DNA of 64,000 nucleotides from Gammaproteobacteria bacterium (GCA_028817405.1 JAPPPS010000130.1:6345-70344), one strand, 5' to 3'. Positions 27,177-38,478 are shown, counted from the stretch's first letter. Program-made: numbers and translations. The notes: generated from the letters alone by a model not told the origin.

Positions 27177-28097
27177 ATGTCATTCAGCAACCGAGACGGC
27201 GTGATTTGGTTTGACGGCGAACTGCGGCCGTGGCGCGAGGCGACGGTGCATGTGCTGACCCATTCGCTGCACTACGGCCTCGGCGTTTTCGAGGGCGTGC
27301 GCGCGTACCAGACCGAACGCGGCGCGGCGATTTTTCGCCTGCACGACCACACCGAGCGCCTGTTCAAGTCGGCGCACATCCTCGGCATGCAACTGCCGGC
27401 CGACCGCGACACCTTGAACCGCGCGCAGGTGACGGTGGTGAAGGAAAACAACTTGCGCGCCGCGTACATCCGGCCGCTGGCGTTCTACGGCTCCGAAGGC
27501 ATGGGCTTGCGCGCCGACAACTTGAAGGTGCATATCGCCGTCGCCGCGTGGGAATGGGGCGCGTATCTCGGCGAGGACGGCCTGGCAAAAGGCATTCGCG
27601 TGCGCACCTCCTCGTACGCGCGGCTGCATGTCAATGTCTCCATGTGCCGCGCCAAGGCCACCGGCCACTACATCAACTCCACCCTCGCGCTGCACGAAGC
27701 GCTGGCCTGCGGCTGCGACGAAGCGCTGCTGCTGGACACCGACGGTTATGTGATGGAAGGCTCCGGCGAGAACTTGTTCATCGTGCGCGGCGGCAAGTTG
27801 TACACCCCGGACTTGACCTCGGCGCTGGAAGGCATCACCCGCGACACCGCCATCCGCATCGCCCGCGACTTGGGGCTGGAAGTGGTGGAGAAGCGCATCA
27901 CCCGCGACGAAGTGTATGTCGCGGACGAGGCGTTCTTCACCGGCACCGCGGCCGAGGTCACGCCCATCCGCGAGTTGGACGGCCGCGTCATCGGCGGCGG
28001 CGCGCGCGGGCCGGTGACTGAGCAAATTCAAACGCGGTATTTCGACGCGGTATACGGCCGCGCGGCGGAATATGGGGAGTGGTTGACGCATGTATGA
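27177..28097 (+). CDS. ilvE: branched-chain amino acid aminotransferase
   Basis: IWFDGE, LHYGLGVFEGVRAY, AKATGHY, EGSGENLF, LEGITR, FFTGTAAEVTP. Confidence 0.95.
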   Translation: MSFSNRDGVIWFDGELRPWREATVHVLTHSLHYGLGVFEGVRAYQTERGAAIFRLHDHTERLFKSAHILGMQLPADRDTLNRAQVTVVKENNLRAAYIRPLAFYGSEGMGLRADNLKVHIAVAAWEWGAYLGEDGLAKGIRVRTSSYARLHVNVSMCRAKATGHYINSTLALHEALACGCDEALLLDTDGYVMEGSGENLFIVRGGKLYTPDLTSALEGITRDTAIRIARDLGLEVVEKRITRDEVYVADEAFFTGTAAEVTPIRELDGRVIGGGARGPVTEQIQTRYFDAVYGRAAEYGEWLTHV

Positions 28098-28476
28098 GTC
28101 GATGGGGATTTTTGTGGCGACGGGGCCGGGGGATTCGACCGTGGCGTCGGTGGATTCTTCCGCGGCGACGGGGCCGGCGCCGGCATCGGCATCGACCGCG
28201 ACGCCGGTGGATTCGACCGTGGCGACGGGGCCGGCGAATTCGGCATCGGCCGCGGCATCAACCGCGGCAGCGACACCGTCACCCGCTGACCAACCCAACG
28301 CCTTCGAACGCGTCGACATCACCGCCGCCGACCTGCCGCTGCACTGCCCGATGCCCGGCAAGCGGTTGTGGGATTCGCATCCGCGCGTCTACTTGCCCAT
28401 CAAACCCGGCGGTGAGGAGATTTGCCCGTATTGCGGCACGCGTTATGTTTTCGCCGCGCCGGCCGCCGCCGGTTGA
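28090..28476 (+). CDS. zinc-finger (zf-CHCC) protein with repetitive N-terminal extension
   Basis: LPLHCP...WDSHPRVYL...CPYCGTRY. Confidence 0.8.
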   Translation: MYESMGIFVATGPGDSTVASVDSSAATGPAPASASTATPVDSTVATGPANSASAAASTAAATPSPADQPNAFERVDITAADLPLHCPMPGKRLWDSHPRVYLPIKPGGEEICPYCGTRYVFAAPAAAG

Positions 28477-28558
28477 TTGCGTTTGCGATTTCACCGTCTC
28501 GCCGGCACCGGCCCCGCCATGGTCGCGCCCGGCCCGCCCCGCCCACCCCGTTCCCACG

Positions 28559-29560
28559 GTGACTAACATTCTCATCGTCGGCCCCGCCTGGGTCGGCGAC
28601 ATGGTGCTGGCGCAGTGCCTGTTCAAGGCCATCCGCCGCGCCGACCCGGCCGCGCGCATCACCGTGCTCGCGCCGGCTTGGAGCGCGCCGTTGGTCGAGC
28701 GCATGCCGGAAGTCGCGAAGTTGGTGCGCATGCCGTTAGGCCACGGGGAATTCAAACTGCGCGCGCGGTACCGGCTGGGGCGGGAGTTGCGGGCGCGCAG
28801 GTTCGCCCGCGCCATCGTGCTGCCCGGCTCGTTCAAGTCGGCGCTGCCGCCGTGGTTCGCGCGCATCCCGCGCCGCACCGGCTATGTCGGCGAACAGCGC
28901 TGGGGGTTGCTGAACGACATCCGCCGTTCGCCTAAGGTCACGCCGCCGCCGGTGACCGCGCGGCGTTTCGTCGCGCTCGGCCGGGATAAAGATGCGCCCG
29001 AGGTGGACGAAATTCCCCGCCCGGCGCTGACGGTGGACTCGGCGGCGGCGCAGGAGACCGCCGCGCGCTTCGGCCTCGACGCCGGCGCGGCCGCGGTCGC
29101 GCTTTGCCCCGGCGCCGAATATGGTCCCGCCAAGCAATGGCCCGCTGCGCATTTCGCCGCGGTCGCCGCCGCGCAACTGCAACGCGGCCGCCCGGTGTGG
29201 ATTTTCGGCTCGGCAAAAGACCGCGCCGCGGCCGCCGACATCAACCGTCGTTGCGCCGGCCGATGCGCCGACTTGACCGGCCGCACCACTCTCGGCGAAG
29301 CCGTCGACTTGTTGTCGCTGGCGCGCCACACCGTCACCAACGACTCCGGCCTCATGCACATCGCGGCCGCGGTCGGCAGCCATGTCATCGCCCTCTACGG
29401 CTCCTCCAGCGACACCGTCACCCCGCCATTAACCCCCCGCGCGCACCCCCTCAACCTCCGCCTCGACTGCAGCCCCTGCTTCCACCGCGCCTGCCCCCTC
29501 GGCCACACCAACTGCCTCAACCACCTCAGCCCAGACCGCGTACTGGCGGTGATGGAATAA
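28559..29560 (+). CDS. waaF: lipopolysaccharide heptosyltransferase II
   Basis: ILIVGPAWVGDMV, LCPGAEYGPAKQWP, NDSGLMHIAAA; GTG start inferred. Confidence 0.9.
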   Translation: MTNILIVGPAWVGDMVLAQCLFKAIRRADPAARITVLAPAWSAPLVERMPEVAKLVRMPLGHGEFKLRARYRLGRELRARRFARAIVLPGSFKSALPPWFARIPRRTGYVGEQRWGLLNDIRRSPKVTPPPVTARRFVALGRDKDAPEVDEIPRPALTVDSAAAQETAARFGLDAGAAAVALCPGAEYGPAKQWPAAHFAAVAAAQLQRGRPVWIFGSAKDRAAAADINRRCAGRCADLTGRTTLGEAVDLLSLARHTVTNDSGLMHIAAAVGSHVIALYGSSSDTVTPPLTPRAHPLNLRLDCSPCFHRACPLGHTNCLNHLSPDRVLAVME

Positions 29561-29613
29561 CGAAAGCACGGTGGTAACCGTGATACGCGATTTCGACATG
29601 CCGCTGAGCGCCG

Positions 29614-31209
29614 TCAAGCATCTTCGCGTAGTAGGTCGGCGGATTTTTCGGCGAGGGTGATGACGGTGGCGTTGGTGTTGGCGGAAATTAGGTTGGGCAT
29701 GATGGAGGCGTCGGTGATGCGCAGGTTGTCGATGCCGTTGAAGCGCAGGCGCGGGTCGACCACCGCGTCGGCGTCGCTTCCCATGCGGCAGGTGCCGACC
29801 GGGTGGTGGTCGGTTTTGGCGTGTCGGCCGGCGTATCTCGCGTAGTCGGCGTCGGTTTTTACCGCCGGGCCGGGCAGGCATTCGCGGCCGATGAACGGTT
29901 TCAACGCCGGCTGGCGCATGATGTCTTGCGCGAGTTTCAAGCCGCGAATCGACATGGCGCGGTCATGCGGGTCGGCCCAGTAGTTGGGGTCGATAAGCGG
30001 CGGCCGGCGCGGGTCGGCGCTCGCCAATCGCACGCTGCCGCGCGACCGCGGGCGCAGGTACGCGGAGTTGAGCGTGACGCCGGCGTTGTTCATGTGCATG
30101 ACGCCGGCCTCGATGCCGGAGCCGAGTCCTAAGTGCAGTTGAATATCCGGATGCGCGGCATCGCCGGCGTTTGAATCGGCGTACCAAAATCCGCCGGTCT
30201 CAAACAACGATGAGGCGGCCGGCCCGCGGCGGGTGAAAAGGTAACGCAAGCCGGCGATGAGCGACCAGTGCGGGCGCGCGTATTTGTCATAACTATGTTC
30301 GCCGGTGCATTCGCAGATGGTGAACAGGTCGAGATGGTCTTGCAGGTTGGCGCCGACTGCGGGCCGGTCGAGCACGACTTGGATGCCGAGCGATTCCAAA
30401 TGCGCGGCCGGACCGATGCCGGACAGTTGCAGCAAGCGCGGCGAGCCGATGGCGCCGCAAGAAAGAATCACTTGCGCCGCGTGAATGCGTTCGCCGCTCG
30501 CCAACTCGACGCCGCGCGCGACCAAGCCGCCGCCATCGCCATCGCCATCGATTAACAAGCGCAACACTTGCGCGTTCTTTCGCACAGTTAAATTGCGCCG
30601 CCGCAACGCCGGGCGCAGATACGCGGTGGCGGCCGAGCATCGGCGCGCGTGGCGCTGCGTGAGTTGGTAGTAGCCGACGCCGTCGCGGGTGGCGCCGGCC
30701 AAATCGAAGTTGCGCGGGATGCCGAGTTCGGCCGCGGCCTCGAAATACGCCTCGCAAACCGGCAGCGGCGCGGCCGGCTTTGAGACGCTGAGGGGGCCGC
30801 CGCGGGCGTGGTGTTCGTCGTCGAAGGTGTCGTTGTTTTCGGCGCGGCGGAAATACGGCAGGAGGTCGTCGAATCGCCAGCCGTCGCAGTTCCAGTTGTC
30901 GTAGTCGGCGGGGTGGCCGCGGGTGTAGATTTGCGCGTTGATGGTCGAGCCGCCGCCGATGACTTTGGCTTGGGTGAAGCGCAGTACGCGGCCGTTCAAG
31001 TGGCGCTGCGGCACGGTCCGCCATCCCCAACTGTGAATGCCGCGGGTCATGCGCGCGAAGCCGGCTGGCACCGTGTTCAGCGGATGATGGTCGCCGCCGC
31101 CGGCCTCCAACAACAACACGCGCGCGGCCGGGTCTGCGCTCAAGCGCGCCGCCAACACGCAGCCGGCCGAGCCGCCGCCGATGATGAGAATGTCGGGCCG
31201 GGTTTTCAT
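29614..31209 (-). CDS. GMC-family FAD oxidoreductase (choline/sorbose dehydrogenase-like)
   Basis: GGGSAG, GGGSTINAQ, GANLQDH, HHPVGTCRMG, NTNA. Confidence 0.9.
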   Translation of the reverse strand: MKTRPDILIIGGGSAGCVLAARLSADPAARVLLLEAGGGDHHPLNTVPAGFARMTRGIHSWGWRTVPQRHLNGRVLRFTQAKVIGGGSTINAQIYTRGHPADYDNWNCDGWRFDDLLPYFRRAENNDTFDDEHHARGGPLSVSKPAAPLPVCEAYFEAAAELGIPRNFDLAGATRDGVGYYQLTQRHARRCSAATAYLRPALRRRNLTVRKNAQVLRLLIDGDGDGGGLVARGVELASGERIHAAQVILSCGAIGSPRLLQLSGIGPAAHLESLGIQVVLDRPAVGANLQDHLDLFTICECTGEHSYDKYARPHWSLIAGLRYLFTRRGPAASSLFETGGFWYADSNAGDAAHPDIQLHLGLGSGIEAGVMHMNNAGVTLNSAYLRPRSRGSVRLASADPRRPPLIDPNYWADPHDRAMSIRGLKLAQDIMRQPALKPFIGRECLPGPAVKTDADYARYAGRHAKTDHHPVGTCRMGSDADAVVDPRLRFNGIDNLRITDASIMPNLISANTNATVITLAEKSADLLREDA

Positions 31210-32938
31210 GGCGCGGGGTTGCCGTGGTTGTGATTGCCGCGGTCACGGTTGTCGTTGCGGTCACCGTCGCTACCGTCGCCGCCGGCCTCCAACCGCGCGC
31301 GCAAGTGAGCGCCGACGCGCAAGGCTTGCGCGGCGATGGTCAGAGCCGGGTTGACCGCGGCCGAGGACGGCATGAAACCGGCGTCGACTACGAACAGATT
31401 CGGGTGTTCATGCGCGCGGCAGAAAGTGTTCAGTACCGAGTCGGCCGGGTCGTCGCCGAAGCGCGTGGTGCCGCATTGATGCGACGGTGTGCGGAAGTCG
31501 AACGCGCGGCTGAGCGTCAACGGAAAACCGGCGCGTCGGAACACCGCTTTGGCGCGCGCCACCAATAATTCATGCGCGCGCCAGTTGGTGCGACGGTAAG
31601 CGATGCGGATGTCGCCGCAGTCACCGTCACTGTCACCGTCGCCGTCACCGTCACTGTCACTGTCACCGTCACCGTCACCGTCGCGACCGTCGCCGCCGAC
31701 GGTCACACGGTTGTCGGCGGCCGGCAAGTCTTCGGTAATTGCATACCAGCCGAGCGCGTGGCGCGCGCTCCAGCCGGCCAGCGTGCGCGGCAGCGGCGAC
31801 AACGCCGCCAAGATGCCGGCCGAGAGTTTGCCGAGCAGTTGCACATTGCCGAGCGGCCGGTTATCCGCCGGGCCGGGTCCGCCGCGCAAGTAAAAATCAT
31901 TGAAGTGCAGAGTTTTTTGGTAGACCGCGTCGTTGCTCCAGCGCGGGTTGAACGCGAGCAGCGCGCTGGCGTGGTGGTTCATCAAGTTGCGCCCGACTTG
32001 GCCGGAGCGGTTGGCGAGGCCGGCCGGGTTGGTGGCGTTTGCCGAGCGCAACAACAGCGCGGCCGAGTTGACCGCGCCGGCCGACAGCACCGTGACTTTT
32101 GCGCTCAAGCGTTTGGTTTTGCCGGCGTGGCGATACTCGACCGCGGTGATGGAATTGTCCGCGCCGGTGAGCAGACGGGTGACGCGCGCGCCGGTTTTTA
32201 TGCGCGCGTTGTCATGACGCAGCGCGGCCGCCAACGGCGCGGTTTCGGCGTCCAACTTTGCGCCGACGGTGTCGGGGAAGGAATCCCACGGCGTCGGCGC
32301 GCGCGCCAACCATGCGTCGACATCGACCGCCAACGGCAACGGCGACGGTGTCACGCCGGCGCGCTGCAAACGCCGGCGCACTTCGGCGATGGCGCGCTCA
32401 TCGGCGACCGGCGGATAGTCATAATCGTCTTGTTCATCGCGCGGTGGTTCGGTCGGGTCGACGGTGGCGTCGCCGCGCACTTGGAATAATTCTTCCGCGG
32501 CGCGATACCACGGCGCGAGGGTTGCGTAGTCAATCGGCCAGGCCGGCGACACGCCGCCCAAGTGTTCGACCGCGCCGAAGTCATGTTCGCGCAACCGCAG
32601 CATGGCCGCGCCGTAGAATTTGGAGTTGCCGCCGACGAAGTAGTAGTTGCCGGGGTTGAAGCGCTTGCCGCGTTGGTCTACCCAAGTTTCCTCCGGGCGG
32701 AAAAAACCGTCGGCAAAAATCGCCGTCTCGTCGCGAGATTGCGGGCATTCGCGCAACCATTCGCCGCGTTCAAGAAGGATGATTTGATGGCCGCCGGCCG
32801 CCAACGCCGAGGCCACGCAGGCGCCGCCGATGCCGCTGCCGATGATGATGACGTCGGCGTCCAAGTGGCCGGGGCTGGCCGCGCCGGTGCCGGTGGTCAC
32901 GACGGTCGACTCAAGCGATGCGCTCGGAAGTGTCGGCA
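31206..32938 (-). CDS. second GMC-family oxidoreductase (start uncertain)
   Basis: [44 protein letters not shown]. Confidence 0.88.
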
Positions 32939-34023
32939 TCGAACACAACCGCCTTGTCCATGTTGAGCGCGAACGCGACGCTGTCGCCGGGCCGCGGCGC
33001 GCGGTCGGCCGGCATGCGCGCCACGCAGTCGCGGCCGCCGAATGAGGTGGTGACAAAAATGTCGGCGCCGGTCATCTCGACCAAACTCACGCGGTTGTTT
33101 ACCGTCTCGATGCGCGCGCCGGCGGCCATGGTGGAGCGCGAATCGGTCAGCGCCTCGGGGCGCACGCCGAGGAGGATGCGCCGGCCGAGGTGGCCGCGCA
33201 GTTTATCCGCCGACGCCAACGCCAATCTCAAACATGCGCCGCCGGCGTCGGTGGTCTCGGCGCATAACTTGCCGCCGGCGTCGACCACGGTGGCGTCGAT
33301 TAAGTTCATCGCCGGCGAGCCGATGAAAGTGGCGACGAACAAATTGGCCGGCGCATCGTAGATGTCCTGCGGCGCGCCGATTTGTTCGATGACGCCGTGG
33401 TTCATCACCGCGATGCGCGTCGACAAGGTGAGCGCTTCGACTTGGTCATGCGTGACATAAATCATCGTGGCGCCGAGTTTTTGATAGAGTTTTTTTATTT
33501 CCACGCGCATGTCGACGCGCAGTTTGGCGTCGAGGTTGGACAACGGCTCGTCAAACAAAAACACGCTGGGTTGACGCACCAGCGCCCGCCCCATGGCCAC
33601 GCGCTGACGCTGGCCGCCGGACAACTGGCGCGGTTTGCGATTCAACAGCGGCGCGATTTGCAGCAAGTCGGCGATTTCTTTCAAGCGGCGTTCGCGCTCC
33701 GGTTTTGGAATCTTGTGCATCTCCAAACCGAAAGTGATGTTGCCGGCCACGCTCATGTTGGGATACAGCGCGTACGATTGAAACACCATGGCGATGTTGC
33801 GCTTGGACGGATGCACATCATTCACCACCCGGCCCTCGATGGCGATGTCACCGGCGGTGGCGCTTTCCAAACCGGCGATGATGTTCAACAGCGTCGACTT
33901 GCCGCAGCCGGACGGCCCGACCAGCACCAAAAACTCGCCTTGCTCGAGGTCGATGTTGATGTCGCGCAGCACTTGGCCGCCGCCGAACGACTTGCTGACA
34001 CCGCTGACGGAGAGGAAACTCAT
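32911..34023 (-). CDS. sugar ABC transporter ATP-binding subunit (MalK/MsmX-like)
   Basis: [31 protein letters not shown]. Confidence 0.93.
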   Translation of the reverse strand: MSFLSVSGVSKSFGGGQVLRDINIDLEQGEFLVLVGPSGCGKSTLLNIIAGLESATAGDIAIEGRVVNDVHPSKRNIAMVFQSYALYPNMSVAGNITFGLEMHKIPKPERERRLKEIADLLQIAPLLNRKPRQLSGGQRQRVAMGRALVRQPSVFLFDEPLSNLDAKLRVDMRVEIKKLYQKLGATMIYVTHDQVEALTLSTRIAVMNHGVIEQIGAPQDIYDAPANLFVATFIGSPAMNLIDATVVDAGGKLCAETTDAGGACLRLALASADKLRGHLGRRILLGVRPEALTDSRSTMAAGARIETVNNRVSLVEMTGADIFVTTSFGGRDCVARMPADRAPRPGDSVAFALNMDKAVVFDADTSERIA

Positions 34024-34047
34024 GATGTCACCGTGGCGTTGCGCCGG

Positions 34048-34926
34048 TTAACCTTTCACCGAGCCGGCGATGAGTCCGCGCACGAAGTACCGTCCGGCGA
34101 CGATATACACCAACAGCGTCGGCAGCGAGGCGAGAATGGCGCCGGCGAAATGCACATTGTATTCCTTGACCCCGGTCGAACTCTGCACCAAGTTGTTCAA
34201 GGCCACGGTCATGGGGAAACTGTCGTAGTCGGCGAATGATGCGCCGAACAAAAAATCGTTCCAGATGTTGGTGAATTGCCAAATCACGCTGACCACGATA
34301 ATCGGCCCCGAACTCGGCAGCAGAATGCGCCGGAAGATGCCGAAGAAACCGGCGCCGTCGATTTGCGCGGCGCGCACCAACTCGGTCGGGAAGGCCTGGT
34401 AGTAGTTGCGAAAATACAGCGTGGTGAAGCCGAGCCCGTAAACCAAATGCACTAACACCAAGCCCGGCGTCGAGCCGGCCAGGCCGGTGACGCCGAGGAT
34501 GCGCGCCATCGGAATCAGCACGATTTGGAACGGAATGAAACACGAGAACAGCATCAAGCCGAACACCAAAGTGTCGTACTTGAATCGCCACTTGGTGAGC
34601 ACATAACCGTTCAGCGCGCCGAGCAAAGTCGACAACAACACCGCCGGTACCACCATCTTCACCGAGTTCCAAAAATACGGTTTCAAACCGGTCGGCTGCA
34701 CGCCGATTTGCGCCAGCGACCATGCTTCGCGCCACGGTTGCAGCGTCCACACCGTCGGCAACGCCAACATGTTGCCGCCGGTGATTTCGGTCAGCGGCTT
34801 GACCGAGTTGACCAACATAATGCCGAACGGCAGCAGGTAGAACAGCGCGAACAGCAACAGCGTGAGATAAATCAACGCCAAGGCGAATCGTCCGGTGTGA
34901 ATCGGGTGATCGGCGGCGGCGTTCAT
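34048..34926 (-). CDS. carbohydrate ABC permease
   Basis: ELVRAAQIDGA (EAA loop), IWNDFLF; start at ATG 34926. Confidence 0.9.
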   Translation of the reverse strand: MNAAADHPIHTGRFALALIYLTLLLFALFYLLPFGIMLVNSVKPLTEITGGNMLALPTVWTLQPWREAWSLAQIGVQPTGLKPYFWNSVKMVVPAVLLSTLLGALNGYVLTKWRFKYDTLVFGLMLFSCFIPFQIVLIPMARILGVTGLAGSTPGLVLVHLVYGLGFTTLYFRNYYQAFPTELVRAAQIDGAGFFGIFRRILLPSSGPIIVVSVIWQFTNIWNDFLFGASFADYDSFPMTVALNNLVQSSTGVKEYNVHFAGAILASLPTLLVYIVAGRYFVRGLIAGSVKG

Positions 34927-35873
34927 GAGCGGTGTTTCAGTTCGCGGTACAGATACGGCACCATGATGGCGACGATGGTGAGAAGCATGATGACCGCGGA
35001 ACTGGCGCCGACGCCCATCTGGTTGCGCGTGAAAGTGTACGAGTACATGAAAGTCGCGGGCATCTCGGTGGCGCGGCCCGGTCCGCCGCCGGTCAGCGCA
35101 ATCACCAAGTCGTATGATTTGATGGACAAGTGGCCGAGGATGACGAACACCGACAAGAAGGTGGCGCGCAGTTGCGGAATGATGATGCGGCGGTATAAGT
35201 TGAAGTTGGATGCGCCGTCGATTTGCGCGGCCTTTAATATTTCGTCGTTGATGCCGCGCAGGCCGGCCAAGCACATTGCCATGACGAAGCCGCTGGACTG
35301 CCACACCGCGGCCAGCACCACGGTGTAAATGGCGAAGTCGCGCGACTTAATCCAGTCGAACTGGAAACTCGTCCAGCCCCATAAATGCATGGTGTGTTCC
35401 AAGCCGAGGCCGGGGTCCAAAAACCATTTCCACGCGGTGCCGGTGACGATGAACGACAGCGCCATCGGATACAAATACACCGGCCGCAGCACGCCTTCGC
35501 CGCGAATCTTTTGGTCGAGAAGAATCGCCAACGCCAAGCCGAGCACGGTGCAGATGACGATGTACAGCGCGCCGAAAATCGCCAGGTTCTTCAGCGCGAT
35601 GCCCCAGTTGCGCAAGCCGAAGAGTTTGATGTAGTTCGCCAAGCCGACGAAGTCGAAACTCGGCAGGATGCGACTGTCGGTCAGCGACAGGTAGGTGGTG
35701 AAGCCGATGAAGCCGTAGACGAACACCGCGATGAGCGCGATGCTTGGCGACATGACGATTTTCGGCAGCGCGTCGCGCAACCGTTCGCTTAAATTGCCGC
35801 CGAAAGTTGGGCGCGCGCCATGCGATGACGGTGACGGCGCTGCGGTTGTCGCGGATGTTGTCGCGATGGCCAT
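34923..35873 (-). CDS. carbohydrate ABC permease
   Basis: EILKAAQIDGA, TGGGPG; start at ATG 35873. Confidence 0.9.
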   Translation of the reverse strand: MAIATTSATTAAPSPSSHGARPTFGGNLSERLRDALPKIVMSPSIALIAVFVYGFIGFTTYLSLTDSRILPSFDFVGLANYIKLFGLRNWGIALKNLAIFGALYIVICTVLGLALAILLDQKIRGEGVLRPVYLYPMALSFIVTGTAWKWFLDPGLGLEHTMHLWGWTSFQFDWIKSRDFAIYTVVLAAVWQSSGFVMAMCLAGLRGINDEILKAAQIDGASNFNLYRRIIIPQLRATFLSVFVILGHLSIKSYDLVIALTGGGPGRATEMPATFMYSYTFTRNQMGVGASSAVIMLLTIVAIMVPYLYRELKHRS

Positions 35874-36023
35874 GAATGGATGCGCGTGTACTTGCGTGTA
35901 CTTAATTGGTACGCGGCGAATCAGCGTTAACGCCGTCGCGACAAAAATAAAAAAAACAAGAACGGCGACGGTTGCGCGGGGCGCGGGCCGCAAAAGCCGG
36001 GGCCCCGCGCATGCCGCCGTTGG

Positions 36024-37283
36024 TTATTTCGCGTCCGCCACCGCGTCGGCGAATTCTTCGGCCGCGGCGGCCGCATCGTATTCGCCGTTGAAGTGCGCGG
36101 TGATGACATCGTAGCCGGCGTTCTTGACCGCGGCCGGCGCGGCGTGGCCGTGCGCGAACGAGCCGAACAAGTTGCCGCTGTTGTTTGCCGCCGCCAACTG
36201 CGCCATGCCCTTTTTGCCGCAGGCGTCGAACGCGCCGTCGGATACATCGGTGCGCGCCGGCACCGAGCCCTTCACCACATTAAACGCCGACTGAAACGAC
36301 GGGTCGAGAATCGCGGACGCCAACTTCGCTTGCGCGCCTTGGCGGTCGCCGCTGACCGCGAACATCGCAAACTGGTCGGCGTTGAAGGTGACTTGTTGCG
36401 TGGTGCCGGGGAAACGGAAGCACAGGAAGTCGCGGTTCGGTACCTTGTCGGCGTTGATGAACTCGCCTTTCGCCCAGTCGCCCATGAACTGCACGCCGGC
36501 CTGTTTGTTGATGACCATCGCGGTCGCCAAGTTCCAGTCGCGGCCGGAGAAGTTGTCGTCGACATAACCGCGCAGAATCGCCATGCGCTCGAACACGGTG
36601 CGCATGGTGCGCGAGCGCAGCGCCGAATCGTCGAGGTCAATCAGCGCGCGTTGATAAAACGCCGGGCCGCCGGTCGACATCACCACCGCATCGAAGATGG
36701 TCGCTTCCTGCCACGGCTGGCCGCCGTGCGCGACCGCGGTGTAGCCGGCTGCCTGGATTTTATCCAGCGCGCTGACCAACTGGTCCCAAGTGCGCGGCGT
36801 TGACAAATTGAGTTCGTCAAAAATCGCCTTGTTCGCCCACACCCAGTTGGTCGAGTGCACATTGACCGGCGCGGAAATCCACTTGCCGTCGTGTTTGGCG
36901 AAGCCTTGCAGCGCGTCCGGCACCACCGCGTCCCAGTTCTCGGCGCGCGCCAAGTCGTTCAGGTCGGCGAGTTTGCCTTCGCGCGCCCAGTCGAGGATGT
37001 CGAAGCCGAGCATCTGCACCGCGGTCGGCGCGTTGCCGGCGGTCACGCGCGCGCGCAGCACCGTCATCGCCTGCTCGCCGCCGCCGCCGGCCACCGGCAT
37101 GTCGTTCCAACTCACGCCGTCGCTTTCGAGATTGTCTTTGAGGACATTGAGGGCCGCGGCCTCGCCGCCGGAAGTCCACCAGTGCAGGACTTCAACCGAG
37201 TCGTCGGCGGTTGCGGACAACGGCGCGGCGACGAATGCGGCAAACGCCGAGGCGAGGCCGATGTTTTTGTAACGCTTGAACAT
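36024..37283 (-). CDS. sugar ABC substrate-binding protein (glucose/mannose-binding GtsA-like)
   Basis: signal peptide; [34 protein letters not shown]. Confidence 0.9.
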   Translation of the reverse strand: MFKRYKNIGLASAFAAFVAAPLSATADDSVEVLHWWTSGGEAAALNVLKDNLESDGVSWNDMPVAGGGGEQAMTVLRARVTAGNAPTAVQMLGFDILDWAREGKLADLNDLARAENWDAVVPDALQGFAKHDGKWISAPVNVHSTNWVWANKAIFDELNLSTPRTWDQLVSALDKIQAAGYTAVAHGGQPWQEATIFDAVVMSTGGPAFYQRALIDLDDSALRSRTMRTVFERMAILRGYVDDNFSGRDWNLATAMVINKQAGVQFMGDWAKGEFINADKVPNRDFLCFRFPGTTQQVTFNADQFAMFAVSGDRQGAQAKLASAILDPSFQSAFNVVKGSVPARTDVSDGAFDACGKKGMAQLAAANNSGNLFGSFAHGHAAPAAVKNAGYDVITAHFNGEYDAAAAAEEFADAVADAK

Positions 37284-37422
37284 TGGGATTTCCTCCGAAT
37301 GGAATGGAAGTTTAAGAAAGGGATGCGCGATGCGGTGAACTTTGTTGCATGCATCGCGCGGGGTTTATGCGACGGTACTGTTTATGCAGCGCCGTCGCCG
37401 TTACCGTTACCGTTCGTTACCG

Positions 37423-38478
37423 TTAACCGTCACCGGCGTTGTCACCGTCGCCGTAATCAACCGTCACCGTCGCCCCGCTAACCGCCGCCAACTTCACCGC
37501 CTGCGCCACCGCCAACGATTTTACCCCGTCCATGCCGGTGGCCGCTGGTTCGCCGTCGCCGGCCGCGGCGCGCATAAAATGCGTGACCGCGCGAATGTAC
37601 AAGTTGTGGTCGCTGAATTCCACCGCTTCAACGCCGGCCGCGGTGCGCAACTGCACCGTACCGACCGGCTGCTGCGTCATCACATCGCGGCCGATGATGG
37701 AGCCGGCGCTGCCGTGAATCTCGATGCCGGAGCCGGCGTGCGGGTGGGTGAAACTCTCGTGCGTTTGCACCAGCGCGCCGGATGGCATGCGCCACACCGA
37801 CATCACGCTGTCTTCGACGCCGCGGCCGAGCGCGCCTTCGGCGTCCATGGCCGTCACTTGCGCCGGGTCTTCGCCGAGATGAAACCGCGCGGTGTCGGCG
37901 TCGTGCACCACGATGTCGAGAATCACGCCGCCGCCGGCGTCCGGGTTGTCGATGCGCCAGCCGCGCAAGCGCTCGGGCAGCAGCACCGCGTGGAAAATGC
38001 GCATGCTGAGGACTTCGCCGATGCGCCCATCGTCGATGAGTCGCTTGATGGCGAGATGCGCGCCGGCGTTGCGCAAGTGGTGGTTGGTGGCGAACACAAC
38101 GCCCGCGTCATCGGCGGCGCGCACCATCGCCCGCGCCTCGGCCACCGTCAGCGCCAGCGGCTTCTCACACAGTACATGCTTGCCCGCGGCCGCCGCGGCC
38201 AGCGCCTGCGCGTAGTGCTTCTCGTTGGTGGTGGAGATGTAAACCGCATCGATGTCGCCGCCGCCACCGCTACCGCCGCCGCCCCCATCGCCGTTGCCTC
38301 CACCGAGCAAATCCTCCACCGAATCGGCCGCGCGCGGAATACCATGCGCCTCGGCAAACGCCCGCCCGCGCCCGGCATCCGCGCTCAGCACCGCCGCCAC
38401 CTCCCCGCCGGCGGCGCGAAACGCCCCAATCATGTGCCGCGCCGCAATATCACTCGCGCCGATTAACCCCCACCGCAT
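37423..38478 (-). CDS. afr: Gfo/Idh/MocA oxidoreductase, 1,5-anhydro-D-fructose reductase-like
   Basis: MRWGLIGAS, HVLCEKPLA, TNHHLRN, FHAV.LP..L.GWR...AGGGVILDI.VHDADT, VMTQQPVG closely recall Sinorhizobium Afr. Confidence 0.75.
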   Translation of the reverse strand: MRWGLIGASDIAARHMIGAFRAAGGEVAAVLSADAGRGRAFAEAHGIPRAADSVEDLLGGGNGDGGGGGSGGGGDIDAVYISTTNEKHYAQALAAAAAGKHVLCEKPLALTVAEARAMVRAADDAGVVFATNHHLRNAGAHLAIKRLIDDGRIGEVLSMRIFHAVLLPERLRGWRIDNPDAGGGVILDIVVHDADTARFHLGEDPAQVTAMDAEGALGRGVEDSVMSVWRMPSGALVQTHESFTHPHAGSGIEIHGSAGSIIGRDVMTQQPVGTVQLRTAAGVEAVEFSDHNLYIRAVTHFMRAAAGDGEPAATGMDGVKSLAVAQAVKLAAVSGATVTVDYGDGDNAGDG

